A stretch of 64,000 bases of DNA from Moniliella sp. 'wahieum'. Lineage: Eukaryota. The notes beneath the pieces are model-generated. The model made no database searches and had not been told where the DNA came from. It saw only the letters and a program-made list of their open reading frames with translations. Shown here one piece after another: positions 49,602 through 61,224 of the stretch. The first letter of the stretch is position 1. Every line of letters begins with the position of its first letter. The position numbers were made by a program, and so were the translations under genes. Location: positions 124,001 through 188,000 of the forward strand of contig RSEE01000026.1 in assembly GCA_003971905.1 (NCBI GenBank), written 5' to 3'.

Positions 49602-52210
49602 TCACTCATTGTCGCCATCGTGGTGCAGCGTGATGCACTCAAAGCCGGAAAAGGGACTGTTCGAGTCGGGCGTAAAACGCGCATCCCCATTGGTACCAGG
49701 CAGAGGATCAATATTGCGCGCTGAAGCGCTGGCAACGGGAAGGGAAGAAGTAAGCCCTGAGGCCGAAGAGCCTGCCGAGGCAGGCTTGGACTTTTCGCCC
49801 GCCCGAGCTTGTTGCGCTTCAAGAGCAGCGAGCACTTCGGCCGGTGGGGGGGATAATGGGCGGTTGACGGTTGCGAAGCAAACCCCAGTTGAGTGACGCA
49901 AACCAGCGGTGCTCCTTCACCTCTGACGCTCCTGAAACGGAGCCCAGGCGAGAGGTCTCGTCCTTGATGAGGAGTTTTTTGATCAAGCTCTTGCCTGCTG
50001 GGGATAGCGCTTGCACATGGTGACTCGACGACGGCTCGGGGAAGACCACCTCGCGCTTGAGCACGTTCGAAAAGGTGCCATTGCGCGACGAGCCTTTGAA
50101 CGGCGTGGTGGCATAAATCATTTCGTAGATCAAGATCCCCAGCGTCCACCAGTCCACAGCCGACGTGTGGCCGCAGCCTTTGATCACCTCGGGTGCAATG
50201 TACTCTTCAGTACCAACAAACGAATTGGTGCGCAAGTCACCAATGCAGGATCGTGTGTCGACCAGGGGCACACTCGTAGGCGTTGCCTGCCTGATCGCCG
50301 CCGGCGCTCCTCCCGAGGACCGGCGCGGGCGGAAAGATCAAAGTCGGAGAGCATCACGTGGCCCGACTCGTGCAATAGAATATTTTCGGGCTTCAGATCG
50401 CGGTAGATAAAGCCCATGAGATGAAGATACTCAATGGCAGCCGTTACTTCGGCCGCATAAAACTTGGCATCCTCTTCGGGCAGACATTTGCCCGGCAGGG
50501 ATTGGAGAGCACGGAAAAACTCTCCGCCCACACAGTACTCCATGCAGAAGTACAAGTACTCTTCCGATTGGAAGCTGTGGTAGAGCGTAATGATGAAAGG
50601 GTGGTTGAGCGACGCAAGGATCTCCTGCTCGGTCAAAACGCGCTTGATTTTGTTGCGCTTGATCATTTCCTTCTTGCTCAAGACTACCATCCAGGTTCCC
50701 ATATCAGTAACTGGCATTGAATCCCACTCAAAATGGAAAAAAAACGTACCTTTCATGGCAAAGAGTTTTTCCGACTTCTTTTCTCGTACCAGATAGACTT
50801 TGCCCACGTCCCCTTTGCCCAGAAGCTTGATCTTGTTGAACGAGCCAGGACCCACCTCGGCAGCCGCTACCTTGATCGCCGAGGCGGAATATGTACGGCG
50901 CCCCACACCGGGGGCAAAGGAAGATTCGGTCGCATCAAAGCATTCGGCGCAGAGGGGCAGTGAGCCAAACTAGGCAAGTGGCCTACTGAATACGAAGGTG
51001 GCTTGGACCGAGTCGAAGTGGGCGGTGAAGGAGTGCGAGGGGAGGGCGTGTTGATATGAAGCAGAGCCAACGATGACCCCAACGATCCCTTCCGCTTGGG
51101 GCGAAGTGGTGAGGAGATTGCCTTAGCTTCCTTGTCCCGACCCCGATGGCGCCAAAAAAACAAACTGCTGATCGGTCCGCTGCTCCCTCCTGATGGAGAT
51201 TCCGCTCCCGAGGCCAGGGAGGAGGCACCCTGCGCTCCCTCCTTGGACCCGCCGCTCGATGCTTGCGCAGCTGAGGCCGAATGAATCCTCTTCAGGGGGA
51301 CGGGCCGGGACCCGATCCCGATCCCGATCCCGATCCCGGTCCTGTCGAGCGGGAGCCCGGCCGCGAGACCGAACGCAAGAAGCCGCCTGTTGCTGCTGTC
51401 TGCTGCTGTGGCTCAAAGTCTTGCGAACTGAAGCTGAGCGCGTTGGCATTCATCGGCACATTCGATCCGGTAAAGGTAGGCCAGCGGTGCAGATCATCCG
51501 CTGGTGCAGGTACGAGCGTACTGGGTCGCAGGTGGAGTGGGTGTGCCACCTGAGGTGGACGCGCTGTACGGAGGCGGGAGGGATGCGTGAGCTTGGGCGG
51601 TGGGCGAGGCAGATGGGCTGGCAGGGTTCAAACCCTTAGCAGGGTCTGCCTCCTGGGGCGATCCCGATTGGGAAGCTTGGATCGCGCGTCGTGGTGGGCG
51701 AGACTGGAGGCATGGAATCAACCGGCTGCCCTAAAGCATGGCCCGTAGCGGTATGGAAGATACGCATTTGTTGCTCGTGGTACGTAGTGCTGGCAAAGGG
51801 GGAATGTGAATCAGGCAAGAAGGCAGAAGGATTGATGCTGGGCGGGACCATGGGGAGGACGGTGGGCTGCTCGGCAGACGAGACAGGGCTGGGGCGGTCG
51901 GAGAAGGTGCCGGCGCTGGACGCAGAGGGGGAAACCAGAGTCGAAGGCGGCTGGGAGGGCGGCACGGTGGGAAGACTCTGGAGAGGAACGGGCGGCTGGG
52001 AGGAGGCTGGGTCGAGGGTGAGCATGTGGGGGGGGATGTCGTCGCTGCGTTGGGAGGCGCTGCGAGCAAGAGACGAGCGCTTGGGAAGCCCAAGACAGAG
52101 CGCCACCTGCGATTGGGAGTGCCGCTGTCGGCGGGAGAGGGGGCAGGGCGAAGAGGCGAGCTGGCCTGGGTGGATGCAGGCGCGGGGTGTGGCTGCTGGG
52201 TACCCAACAT
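49602..52210 (-). CDS. AGC Ser/Thr kinase, Nrc-2/Kin82/Fpk1 family
   Basis: [83 protein letters not shown] and [12 protein letters not shown]. Intron 50684-50749. Confidence 0.95.
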
Positions 52211-53161
52211 GGCAGGGCGCAGGAATGACGATGGGTGGGGGTGGAGGTGGCAGTGGAGGTGGAGATGGAGGTGGAGGTGGAGATGGAGGTGGAGGTGGCG
52301 GTGGAGGTGCAAGTGGCGGGAGTGGGGGCGGGGGTTACAGGGGGGGGCGGTCCAAGTCGACGAGGGGACGGGGCAAGAGCGGCGAGAGAGCGAGAGTGGG
52401 GAGACCGACCCAAGACGACTCGGAGTATGCAGCACCGCAGCGCACAACCTGGGCACAGCCCAGCCTTGTGCGATGTGAGATCTGGGATCCGAGTATGGGC
52501 GTCTGAGTACCGAGCACTGAGTCTAGCCTGGCCGGCCCATTCGCCGCTGCATAATGCGTGCTGGGTGCTGGGTGCTGGGTGCTGCCTGCTGCATGGGCTG
52601 CACCCGCCTCATGCCCACCCAGCCCCCCCCCATCGCGTGCCCTCTGATGCCCCCGCCTACCCCGCCCGCCCCCGAGCCAGAGGAAGCACGACCAGGACGC
52701 ACAGCACAGAGGCAGTCTAGGAAGCCCCCCAGCAGCCAAACGCGCTGCCCCCAACTCCCGCACCACACCTGTGGGGGCGGCCCAGCCAGGCAGAGAGCTG
52801 CCCTGTGCCTGGATGCCGCCGTCGCAATGTCACATGTCACAAGTCACAGGTCGCCCGCCTAACATCCGCATCACCCATTAGGCGCTCGTCTACATGCATC
52901 AGCCATCAGTACTTAGTGACTAGAGTGACTAGTGAGTAAAGCTAGTAACTCCTCAGCGCCTCAGCGCCTCGGCGCAGCTCTATACGCAGTCCACATGTCC
53001 ACACAGTGCCCCTCCCTGCCTGCACAATGTGGGCGGCTTGGGGAAGCCAGTTTATTACGTAGGCACTCTGCGGCTGTCCTTGGCATCATCGATCATCGAT
53101 CATTCGATCATCGGCCAGCGCTGCACGAAGAATTGCACGATGCAAGAGACGGCCGGAGAAT

Positions 53162-53414
53162 TGTTAGAGGGTACTGCTAGGGTTCTCCTGCGCGGCCCTC
53201 AATGGATCGGTGACGCTCGCCTAGCCGAGCGGAAGCGTTCCGCTCGCAGGCCGCGCACGCCCTGCTCGCTCCATCTCCCTTCTCTCTCTCCTTTCCTTCC
53301 CTTCAGACGTTGCTTGAAGACTTGTGGCTCACCACTTTGCCTTCACGCCTTGTCTGAAGGCTGCTTTGCAGCTGATCCATAGGATCGCGAGTGCTCCCAA
53401 GTCGTACTCTAGCA
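53162..53414. mobile_element. Solo LTR (253 bp) with 5-bp TSD, family L2 copy 1
   Basis: TGTTAGAG...CTCTAGCA termini. AGAAT at 53157-53161 and 53415-53419. Second copy at 59387-59737. Confidence 0.9.
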
Positions 53415-54088
53415 AGAATGTGGGCAGAATGTGGGTCTATTCCAATGGAGAAGCCTTTCTGCGTCGGAAGCAGGGGGGATGCAGCGTGCACTGTCGGGGA
53501 CGCTCCATAGAACAGTGCCGAGGGGTTAGTGGCCACTGCTGGCCAGCCACTGCGTTGTGCACCTTTCCGCTTTCCTCACATTCACAGCTGCGGACCACCT
53601 GAGACGTGCTTGACCCGTACCTCTCTTGCAACATAGCGCCACCATCGTCGATCTCCCTGCTGCCTCAGTTGTAATGATTTCCGCTTTCGCACCATTGTTT
53701 CCACCTGGCTTTGTCAACTCATGTCAACGGTTTTGATGTGCAGAAGACTGCATAATGCAATTGATCTCATCACATCTTTTGGAAACAAACGCGAGCATCT
53801 GCGCTTTGATCTTCGGCATCACATCACTGCGTCATCACACGCCTCGCATGTCGAGCCAGACACCCATAATCTTGCACGATGAAGATTGGTATACATTTTC
53901 CTGGATATATATTTGGTACTACTGAGATGAAAGACCAATACTACAAGCCGTCATCTTCGGTGTCAGAGGAAGAGTCTCGGAGTTGGGTGAGCACTGAGGT
54001 CCAGATGCGGTCACACCCAGAGTAAAAGATGCGGTCTTGGCGCCTGTGCAGGGCCGAGGGTGTGTAGAAGAGACAAATGAGTACTAGC

Positions 54089-55513
54089 TGTGACGACAGA
54101 GAAATGCGGCCAAGGAGAAGGAGAAGGAGCATCTCTTAGAAGATTGATGTGTACCATGATTCTTGTCAGGAGACGGAGATGGGGGAAAGGGGCAGATGGA
54201 TTGCATACATCTATGGACGCAGAGGAGGTATATGACCTCCTCAGGAAGGGGCACAGTCGAGAGGTGGACACAGGATCTCCCAACTGATAGGAATCACGCC
54301 ATAGTGCCCATACGGGCCTAGTGGGCAAGGGCCCCCTAGCACGGGTGATTCTGACAGAAGACGATTGTAAGGGGGGGGGGGTGGTCTCCACCACGGTTGC
54401 GCTTTTGTGATATCCGGGAATTCGTCATGGCTACCTAGAGCTTATGGATCCAACGACCATATATAATCAGTTAGGCAACCGCACCCTGGAGATTACCCAT
54501 CGTAACAGGAGAGGATAGAGATGGGGGAAGGATGAGGATCATATTCATATAGTGGAAAGGGAGGGAGGTATATATGCCTCGGAGAAGAAGAGAACATGCG
54601 AGCTAAATCACATGGAGGGAGGGAAAGGGAGCACGATCCAAAGGGTAAAACAAGGTCTTTGTCATGGGGGGGTCCCGAGATGAGATCCCCCCCTGTAGTT
54701 TAGGGGTATAATATAAACCCTTGGACAGATCAATCGGTGGCTCGTACGTTAGGTCCTGCTCCAGATCCTGGTTGAACCGAATGGGCGTACTAGAGGCGAG
54801 GGAGAGATCCACTAGTTTGGGTGGCTGCCTGCGTGCAAAGGCCGCAGTCCAGACCCTCCGAGGTAGGAGCCGCGTACTTAGGTCGTTAGACCAGCTGAAG
54901 GGGTCCAGGAGCTCCGAAGTTATCCTCTGTTCCACCACACTCGGTACGCTGTAGCTGGCGGGAACAGACAGAGTCCTAAAGAAGAGCAAGCGCTACTGAT
55001 GAGAGTAACGGCGGCTTGCAGTGCACTCGACGTAAGTCGTAAATTCGTAAGCGTAAGGGTGGCAGAAGGTAGAAGGGTGAGAGAGGAACTGATAGTGGGG
55101 GAGCAAAGGTAGAAGACAGGATGGTCGACAAGGACCACCGCTAGCAAGCCTTAGACATGGCTGCTTATATACAGCAGAAGGAACCAGGCCTCAAGTGCCT
55201 CATGACAGGTATAGACAGAATGCGGGACACTTCCCAGAGAGGTAAAGACTAATTCACAGCCCTTGCTTTCCAAGGTGCTGACGCTGCGTAGTCGGGCGCA
55301 GCAGGAAAGGTTCTATCAAGACTGGACGCAATGGACACAAAGATCGTATCGATAAGCCATGCGACCATGGCGGGCCGCGGATGATATCGGCAGCAATGAT
55401 AAGGTGTCGAACCGGCTCTCTCTCGCTAATCTAACCGGACTGACGCGTGTTGGGCTGAGATGTCTACGACATGCGGGGCTCAGCGTCCGGAGATAACCGG
55501 AGCGCCCGTAACA
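54089..55513. mobile_element. Probable cluster of degenerate LTR fragments
   Basis: LTR-like ends TGTAAG (54366) and CGTAACA (54507, 55513), purine-skewed sequence, and a diverged duplication 54167-54245 vs 54505-54585. No TSD or coding motif found. Confidence 0.4.
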
Positions 55514-55597
55514 GCAGTCTAGAACAAATCAAGGGGGCCAGACAACTTGGTGACAAGAACGTGATCAGTGAGTCTGATCCCGACAAACTGTAGAATG

Positions 55598-55770
55598 CCA
55601 GAGAGCAGGAAGTTGATGGTGCATTGTTGCGTTTGCACATGAGCTACTAACAGGAGGCTACAGAACATTCCTGCCCGCCAAGAAGGAATATTATTGCAGG
55701 AATGAGAGAACGCGAAGGTTCCGGGCTTGAGCTAACCGCGCCACTACACAGCGTGGCGTCACAAGAAAGC
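55598..55770. repeat. Dispersed repeat family R1, copy C
   Basis: CAGAGAGCAGG..GGTGCATTG..TGCACATGAGCTAC..CTGCCCGCCAAGAAGG..TATTGCAGGAAT matches copy A. Confidence 0.8.
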
Positions 55771-56189
55771 CTCCTTGTGCAGACTGACTCTCTGGTCTCA
55801 GTTCTCTCAGTTCTCAGAAGTTCCACACTTTGGCGTTTACATGTTTACAGCGCCCCGCCCTGCTGGATGGGCCTGTGGAGAGACGCCAATTAAAATTAAC
55901 CCCGGACTCCCTAAGACATCATTTATCACCCATCACCGGTCACCATCATCGACTATGTATCAGCGTCACCTGTCATAATGCTTGATCTCAGAGGTCACCG
56001 GTCACCGGCCGGACACCCGCACATCTCAGGTGACTAGTGACGCGGACGAGAGATGATCGATGATCGATGACTAGGACTACTAGGACTAGAGATAGTGATT
56101 GCCACTGCGTGGTGCATGTGCCGATGCATGGATCGCGTTCAGATCGCGGCCCGATGTTCAAAGGCTTTTCTGCACGGCAAAATGAAAAA

Positions 56190-56286
56190 TGACGAGAGTG
56201 GGATTCGAACCCACGCCCCGGAGGACTGCGGTTAGGGATGAACGTAATCCTTAACACAGCGCGTTAGACCACTTCGCTATCTCGCC
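56190..56286 (-). tRNA. tRNA-Leu(AAG) with 17-nt intron
   Basis: GGCGAGA/TCTCGTC acceptor stem, TGGTCTAA D-loop, CTGTG-TTAAGG[intron]C-CGCAG anticodon arm, long variable arm, GTGGG-TTCGAAT-CCCAC T arm, then a T-run terminator. Confidence 0.95.
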
Positions 56287-56612
56287 CTTGTAATGAGAAG
56301 CTGATAGTCACCACACCCATGCAGCTGAATACACTCCATGTCATCTACGGATATAACGTACGGATGTGACAAAGCAGTATGCAAAACCGTACTAAATTAT
56401 ACGAGAGAAGACAGGGAGAAAGGAACCGAAAGACCGTATGAAAGTCGTTATCAGTTATCGAAATCAAGCGCGACGTCGATGATGATATAATAGCACCAAG
56501 TTTGGGAGTTTAGTGGTAGGGAGAGTAAGCTTCTGTTTGACATCGTAAACACACGAAGAGACATGGCCCGTGGACGGGCCTCGCACCATGCAGCATCATG
56601 GCATTACACGCG

Positions 56613-58503
56613 TTACACAGCTTGGGTAATGAGCGAGCGCCACCAGTTACACCGTGCACCACGGCCGCCCTCCCACGAGTAAGCATCAGCGACAGTGAAG
56701 TTGTTACTCAGTCCTTGGACTGGCATAATAAGTGGTACCTAAAGGGGGGTGGAACTTGTGGCGTCTCGCATGGCCACCGGTCTGATTGAGATTGAGGAAG
56801 CTGAAGCCCGGGCCGATTCCTTTGGACAGACTGGTTGCCGGTACTAGGCCAAGCACAAAGGGCAGCGTTGCTGCTCTCTGCTGCTGGCCCCAACCCGCTA
56901 AGGGCCGTGGCTTGAACTTGGCAGGCCTGTGAACGTGGGTTGTTCTCAGAGATAAAATCAGTCCAGAATGTTGGAAAGCAGTCGCGAGTTCAGGTCCGTG
57001 GAAAGATTGAAGAGCAGTAGAGGGGAATATAAGTGAAAGGTCGGAGGTATGGAGAGCAGGTACGACAGAGTACTGATATGCGAAGCCATTCGTACCGTAC
57101 GCCTGCGCTAGCCACAAGCTGGGGCAAATAATATCGGCCTCGGCCCAAATGTTGGAAAGACGAGCGTGCGGGCCAAGGTGGAAGTGGTGGAGGAAGCGGT
57201 GGGTAAACTAGTTCCGGAGGTAGCAAAGTTTACGTCCACGGAATCGTCGAAGGGGTATTGACTGAGGACATCGGCTGTTGTGGTATTGCCCCCAAGGAAA
57301 GGCATAGACTGCGCCAACCATGCCGCCGAATCCGTGTCATTCGTCACAGAGTTTGGTACAAAGGCGGTTCCCTCCTCAGCGTTATGGCCGACCATGGCAT
57401 ACCTGCCGTTCACTTTGCCTTGGGCCAGTAGAGTGGCAGGTTGATCCGTCAAAAAGAAACCGTCAATCACAGGATTGAAAGGCCATGTGCCATTTGGGCT
57501 CCTGTTGGTAAGGTTCTGACTCAATACCTGGATCTCGTCAAAAGAGAGCTTCCTTAGACAGTCCACAGCAGATCCCGAGCCGCACTGGGCTGCCTCAGCC
57601 ACATCGGCGTAAAGCTTCTCGACCGTGGATGAGTTGAACCATCCGTCTTAGGCAGACCGGGGGAGGGAGGAAGCAATTATTCCCGTGAAGAGATTGGTGC
57701 CGAGTGAACCGTTGTAACTAACGCTGTGGTGCAACACCGCACCACCACCAGCTGATTGACCGGCAATAGTAACCCGAGTGGGGTCTCCACCAAATGCAGT
57801 GATGTGGTCATGGACCCACTGGAGCGCCGCATTTTGGTCAAACAGGCCCACATTCGCCGTACCTGCGTTCTGGGATAGATCCGTAGAGGACAGATAGCCA
57901 AGAATACCTAGTCGGTATTGTACTGCAACGAAGACAAATTTGGAGGTGCTGGTCTGCATAAGGCTCGTGGGGTCATACGAACTTGCACTCCCAGATGCGT
58001 ATCCTGCACCAAAGCAATTACGCTGCGTCAGTATATGCAACCTAGATCAATTTCAGAGCACTTACCTCCACCATGGAACCAGACTAACACGGGGAGGTTG
58101 GTTGCATTGGAAGGCGAAACGACGTTAACATATAGGCAGTCCTCAGAGGAGCCTGTGTTATCGGCGCTGCCCAGGCCGGACGCAGGTTGCTGGAGACAGC
58201 TGGGAGGAGGAATCAGGGCTGGGACTGTCAGGTTCTCCACTCGGGTGGTGACGGTGTTTGCCAGCGCGTTTCGGGTGTTGCAGGGGCAGCGTAACGGATG
58301 CCCTGCCAGGAACGCAGTTGCGTTGAGGGATTGACGGAGCCCTGGTAGCGCACATAACCCAGATCGACCAGTGCATCGGGCGAGATGGTGTTGGAGCGGG
58401 AGTGGATGAAGTTCGAAGGTTGAGGAAACGTGGGGGCTGCCAGCACTGATGGAGCAGCCGCGGCAGTGGAAAGGATGGCGAGCCCAAAATACGACAGCAC
58501 CAT
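56613..58503 (-). CDS. Secreted type-B carboxylesterase/lipase
   Basis: Signal peptide MVLSYFGLAILSTAAAA, VDLGYVRYQG, GIRYAAP, SEDCLYVNV, PVLVWFHGGG, QYRLG, FGGDPTRVTIAGQSAGG and C-terminal WEGGRGARCNWW. Intron near 58.0 kb. Confidence 0.95.
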
Positions 58504-59386
58504 CGCACGCAGGGCCATCGGATGGATGAATGGCGGTGGTTGCGTTCGCGATGAGGTTGATGAAGCGGCGGTAGCGAATCGGATAGTTTTTTTTTGCTGG
58601 TTCGGTCAACCCGGCGAACGCATGTGTCACAAATGTCTTGCGTCAAAAAGCCTGAGCCTGAGCCTCAGGGCAGTCTCAGGCTCTTCGGGGCTTGCGAGGC
58701 GCTCCAATTACGTGTGTCATCGATCATCGATCCTCTTGCATCATGCATCATGATCAAGGATCCTCGATCCGGCCCTTAAATGAATCAATTGAAAATAGCC
58801 ACCGACGGGATGACGTGTGATGCAGGGCGCATGATGCATGACGCGTGGCGTACGCCTACTGACCTCATTGAACGTTTAAATTACGTCGCTTACTTATCAT
58901 GCTGCTGTCTGCATCATTATCAGTTTGTCACGTTTCCGCGCCCTATGCACTGCCACATTTGTCACACGGCGTTTCCATGCTAATGCAGTGCACCACCACT
59001 ACTTGAACGGGTCCTGCAAGGTCCTCCTCTTGCGTCTTTGGTAGTGGGAGAAGACGGTATACGTGCATTACTGCGGGGCTGTGCCATCATAAGTTGAACG
59101 TGATTTGATGAACTCGTCGATCGATGAATCAGCTGAACGCTGAATTTCAGCGGCTGAATATTGGATTTTCTCAGCTCTCTTCATGTCTTCAATAAGCTTC
59201 ATCAGGCCCAGGCCTCGTGGAAGATTCACATGCATCGAGCCCGGGTAGTGACGCACAAGATGCATGAGGCATTGCATGATGTTTGATGATCGTCGGGGCG
59301 GCGACCAGTGGTATATGGTGCTTGGGTGATGAGTAGTTGCAGCGTTTTGCACACTTGAAGCTTATTCAATACTCGATGGTCGAGAG

Positions 59387-59737
59387 TGCTAGACTGCGAC
59401 TTGGGAGCACTCGCGATCCTATGGATCAGCTGCAAAGCAGCCTTCAAACAAGGCGTGAAGGCAAAGTGGTGAGCCACAAGTCTTCAAGCAACGTCTCATT
59501 GTGAGAGCAACAGGTCAAGAAAGGAAGCAGAGGCGTATCTTCAGACAAGGCATGAAGGCAAAGTGGTAAGCCACAAGTCTTCAAGCAACGTCTGAAGGAA
59601 GGAGAAAGGAGAGAGAGAAGGAAGATGGAGCGAGCAGGGCGTGCGCGGCCTGCGAGCGGAACTCTTCCGCTCGGCTAGGCGAGCGTCACCGATCCATTGA
59701 GGGCCGCGCAGGAGAACCCTAGCAGTACCCTCTAACA
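59387..59737. mobile_element. Solo LTR family L2 copy 2, inverted relative to copy 1, with internal duplication
   Basis: Near-identical reverse complement of 53162-53414. A segment of about 55 bp is duplicated (about 59442-59496 and 59539-59593) around about 42 unrelated bp. Flanks GAGAG/AAAGG do not match. Confidence 0.88.
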
Positions 59738-60815
59738 AAAGGGGAAAGGGTCTTAGCGCCGCCCATCGACTGTGTGCGACATATATAAAGCTTCGTACCC
59801 CTAATCCGTCAACTGTGAATCTTAAAGTTAAAGCCAATATAGACCGAACCACTGTTGGCAACAGTCCAGGTCGGAGCTAAGGAAGATTGCATATAGGCAA
59901 TCTCTAGTAGACCCAACATAGTGAAGTGTTGGTAATTCTCTTCAGCGGCAGGATCGGCCGCCGCAGCACCCAACATGTGAGGAATGGAATCGACCGACAG
60001 CTTCTCATCTCCTTCTGAGGTCAAGTTTTTCCCACAACATCAACCGTCGGCTTGCTCAAGGCATCGAACGCTTTCATTGTGTTTTTGATGATTGGTGCCT
60101 TTTCCACATGGCGGAGTTGTTCATGATGGCAGGGAATTGCAGGTTTGTGTGGATGTCCAGGAAAGCGTGCGTGTGGTTTTGTAGTAATCCTCTTTGGAGA
60201 ATTGCTGACATTTTTGTCGGACTGAAGGCCGTCGGGGGCTGTTGTTAGCAGATAGAGCAATACATACGATACACATATTCAATGGTGCTCGAGAAAGTTT
60301 TGGAAGTGATGGGTGGTGCGCATGACAACCCGGAGCTCACAAAGAACGTACACTGAACAGCTGTTGTGGCCAAGGCATTGGACACAGTGATGTGCAGGAG
60401 AGGTAGGATAGCGACGTGTCAGAGGGATATCAGTGGGTTCGCGTGGAGTGACGGACAACGGCCCGAAAATGTTGTGCCCATCATATACAGGCTCGGTGGT
60501 CTCCTAATGTCATGTGTGTGCAAATGTGCACAATGCAACTACTACTATTACCTGCATTACATCTAGCGCCTGAAAGCCATACTGAGTCATGAGGTCTGAG
60601 GTTGATCATAGCCATGATGCACTTTTGGGGGCGTTGTAATCTCAGAAGGCCAGAGCAAAAAGGTGCAGTCCGACCTACACTCCGTTGCAAGGCCAGAGGG
60701 GGTAAAGACCCTTCTTGCTGGATGGAGAAAGAGCGACTATAACCCCTTCAATCAGGCCTCGCGTTCCCACGCACAAATGCAAAAGGAAGGGTGGCCTAGT
60801 TGCAAGAGAGAACAC

Positions 60816-61224
60816 TTAGAAGCGGAGGGGTGTGAAGAACCAGCGGTTCTTGCCGGTCAAGTAGCGCTCCTCAAACAGCTTCTTGACGGCCCTTCGAGTC
60901 CTTCTTGCTAGCCGGCTCCTTAAGCGCGTCGGCGGTGACAACACCCTTGAGACCTTCGAGCTCAAGAGCATAGCGGGTAGGCATCAGGTGGTTGTAGTTA
61001 ATGGCCTTGACAAAAGGCTTAACCTTGCTGCGCCGCGAAACCTTCTTGGCGTCCATGGCCTTGGTGACCTTGCGGGGGTAGCGCTCAATACCGGCGACAA
61101 GAACGTGAGGGTAAGGGCGTTCCTTGGTCCCGTCGTCATGCTGCTTGATCACGACGACCTTCTTACCGGCTTGGCGGCCGTGGAGGACAAGAGCAACCTT
61201 CCCAGGCTTGTAGATGCGCGCCAT
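60816..61224 (-). CDS. RPL27: 60S ribosomal protein L27 (eL27)
   Basis: KPGKVALVLHGRQAGKKVVV..ERYPRKVT..RSKVKPFVKAINYNHLMPTRY..GKNRWFFTPLRF*. One frameshift near 60890. Confidence 0.98.

Noticed and set aside
51310..51337. (CCCGAT)n repeat
   Set aside because: Lies inside the kinase N-terminal low-complexity coding region, probably a GSGSGS tract.
54366..55513. Intact 1.1-kb solo LTR
   Set aside because: The flanks ACGAT and GCAGT are not a TSD. Kept only as low-confidence debris.
53162..59737. Single composite DNA transposon with 250-bp TIRs carrying the esterase
   Set aside because: Copy 1 has its own TSD and TG..CA ends, so it is an independent solo LTR. The outer flanks do not match and there is no transposase.
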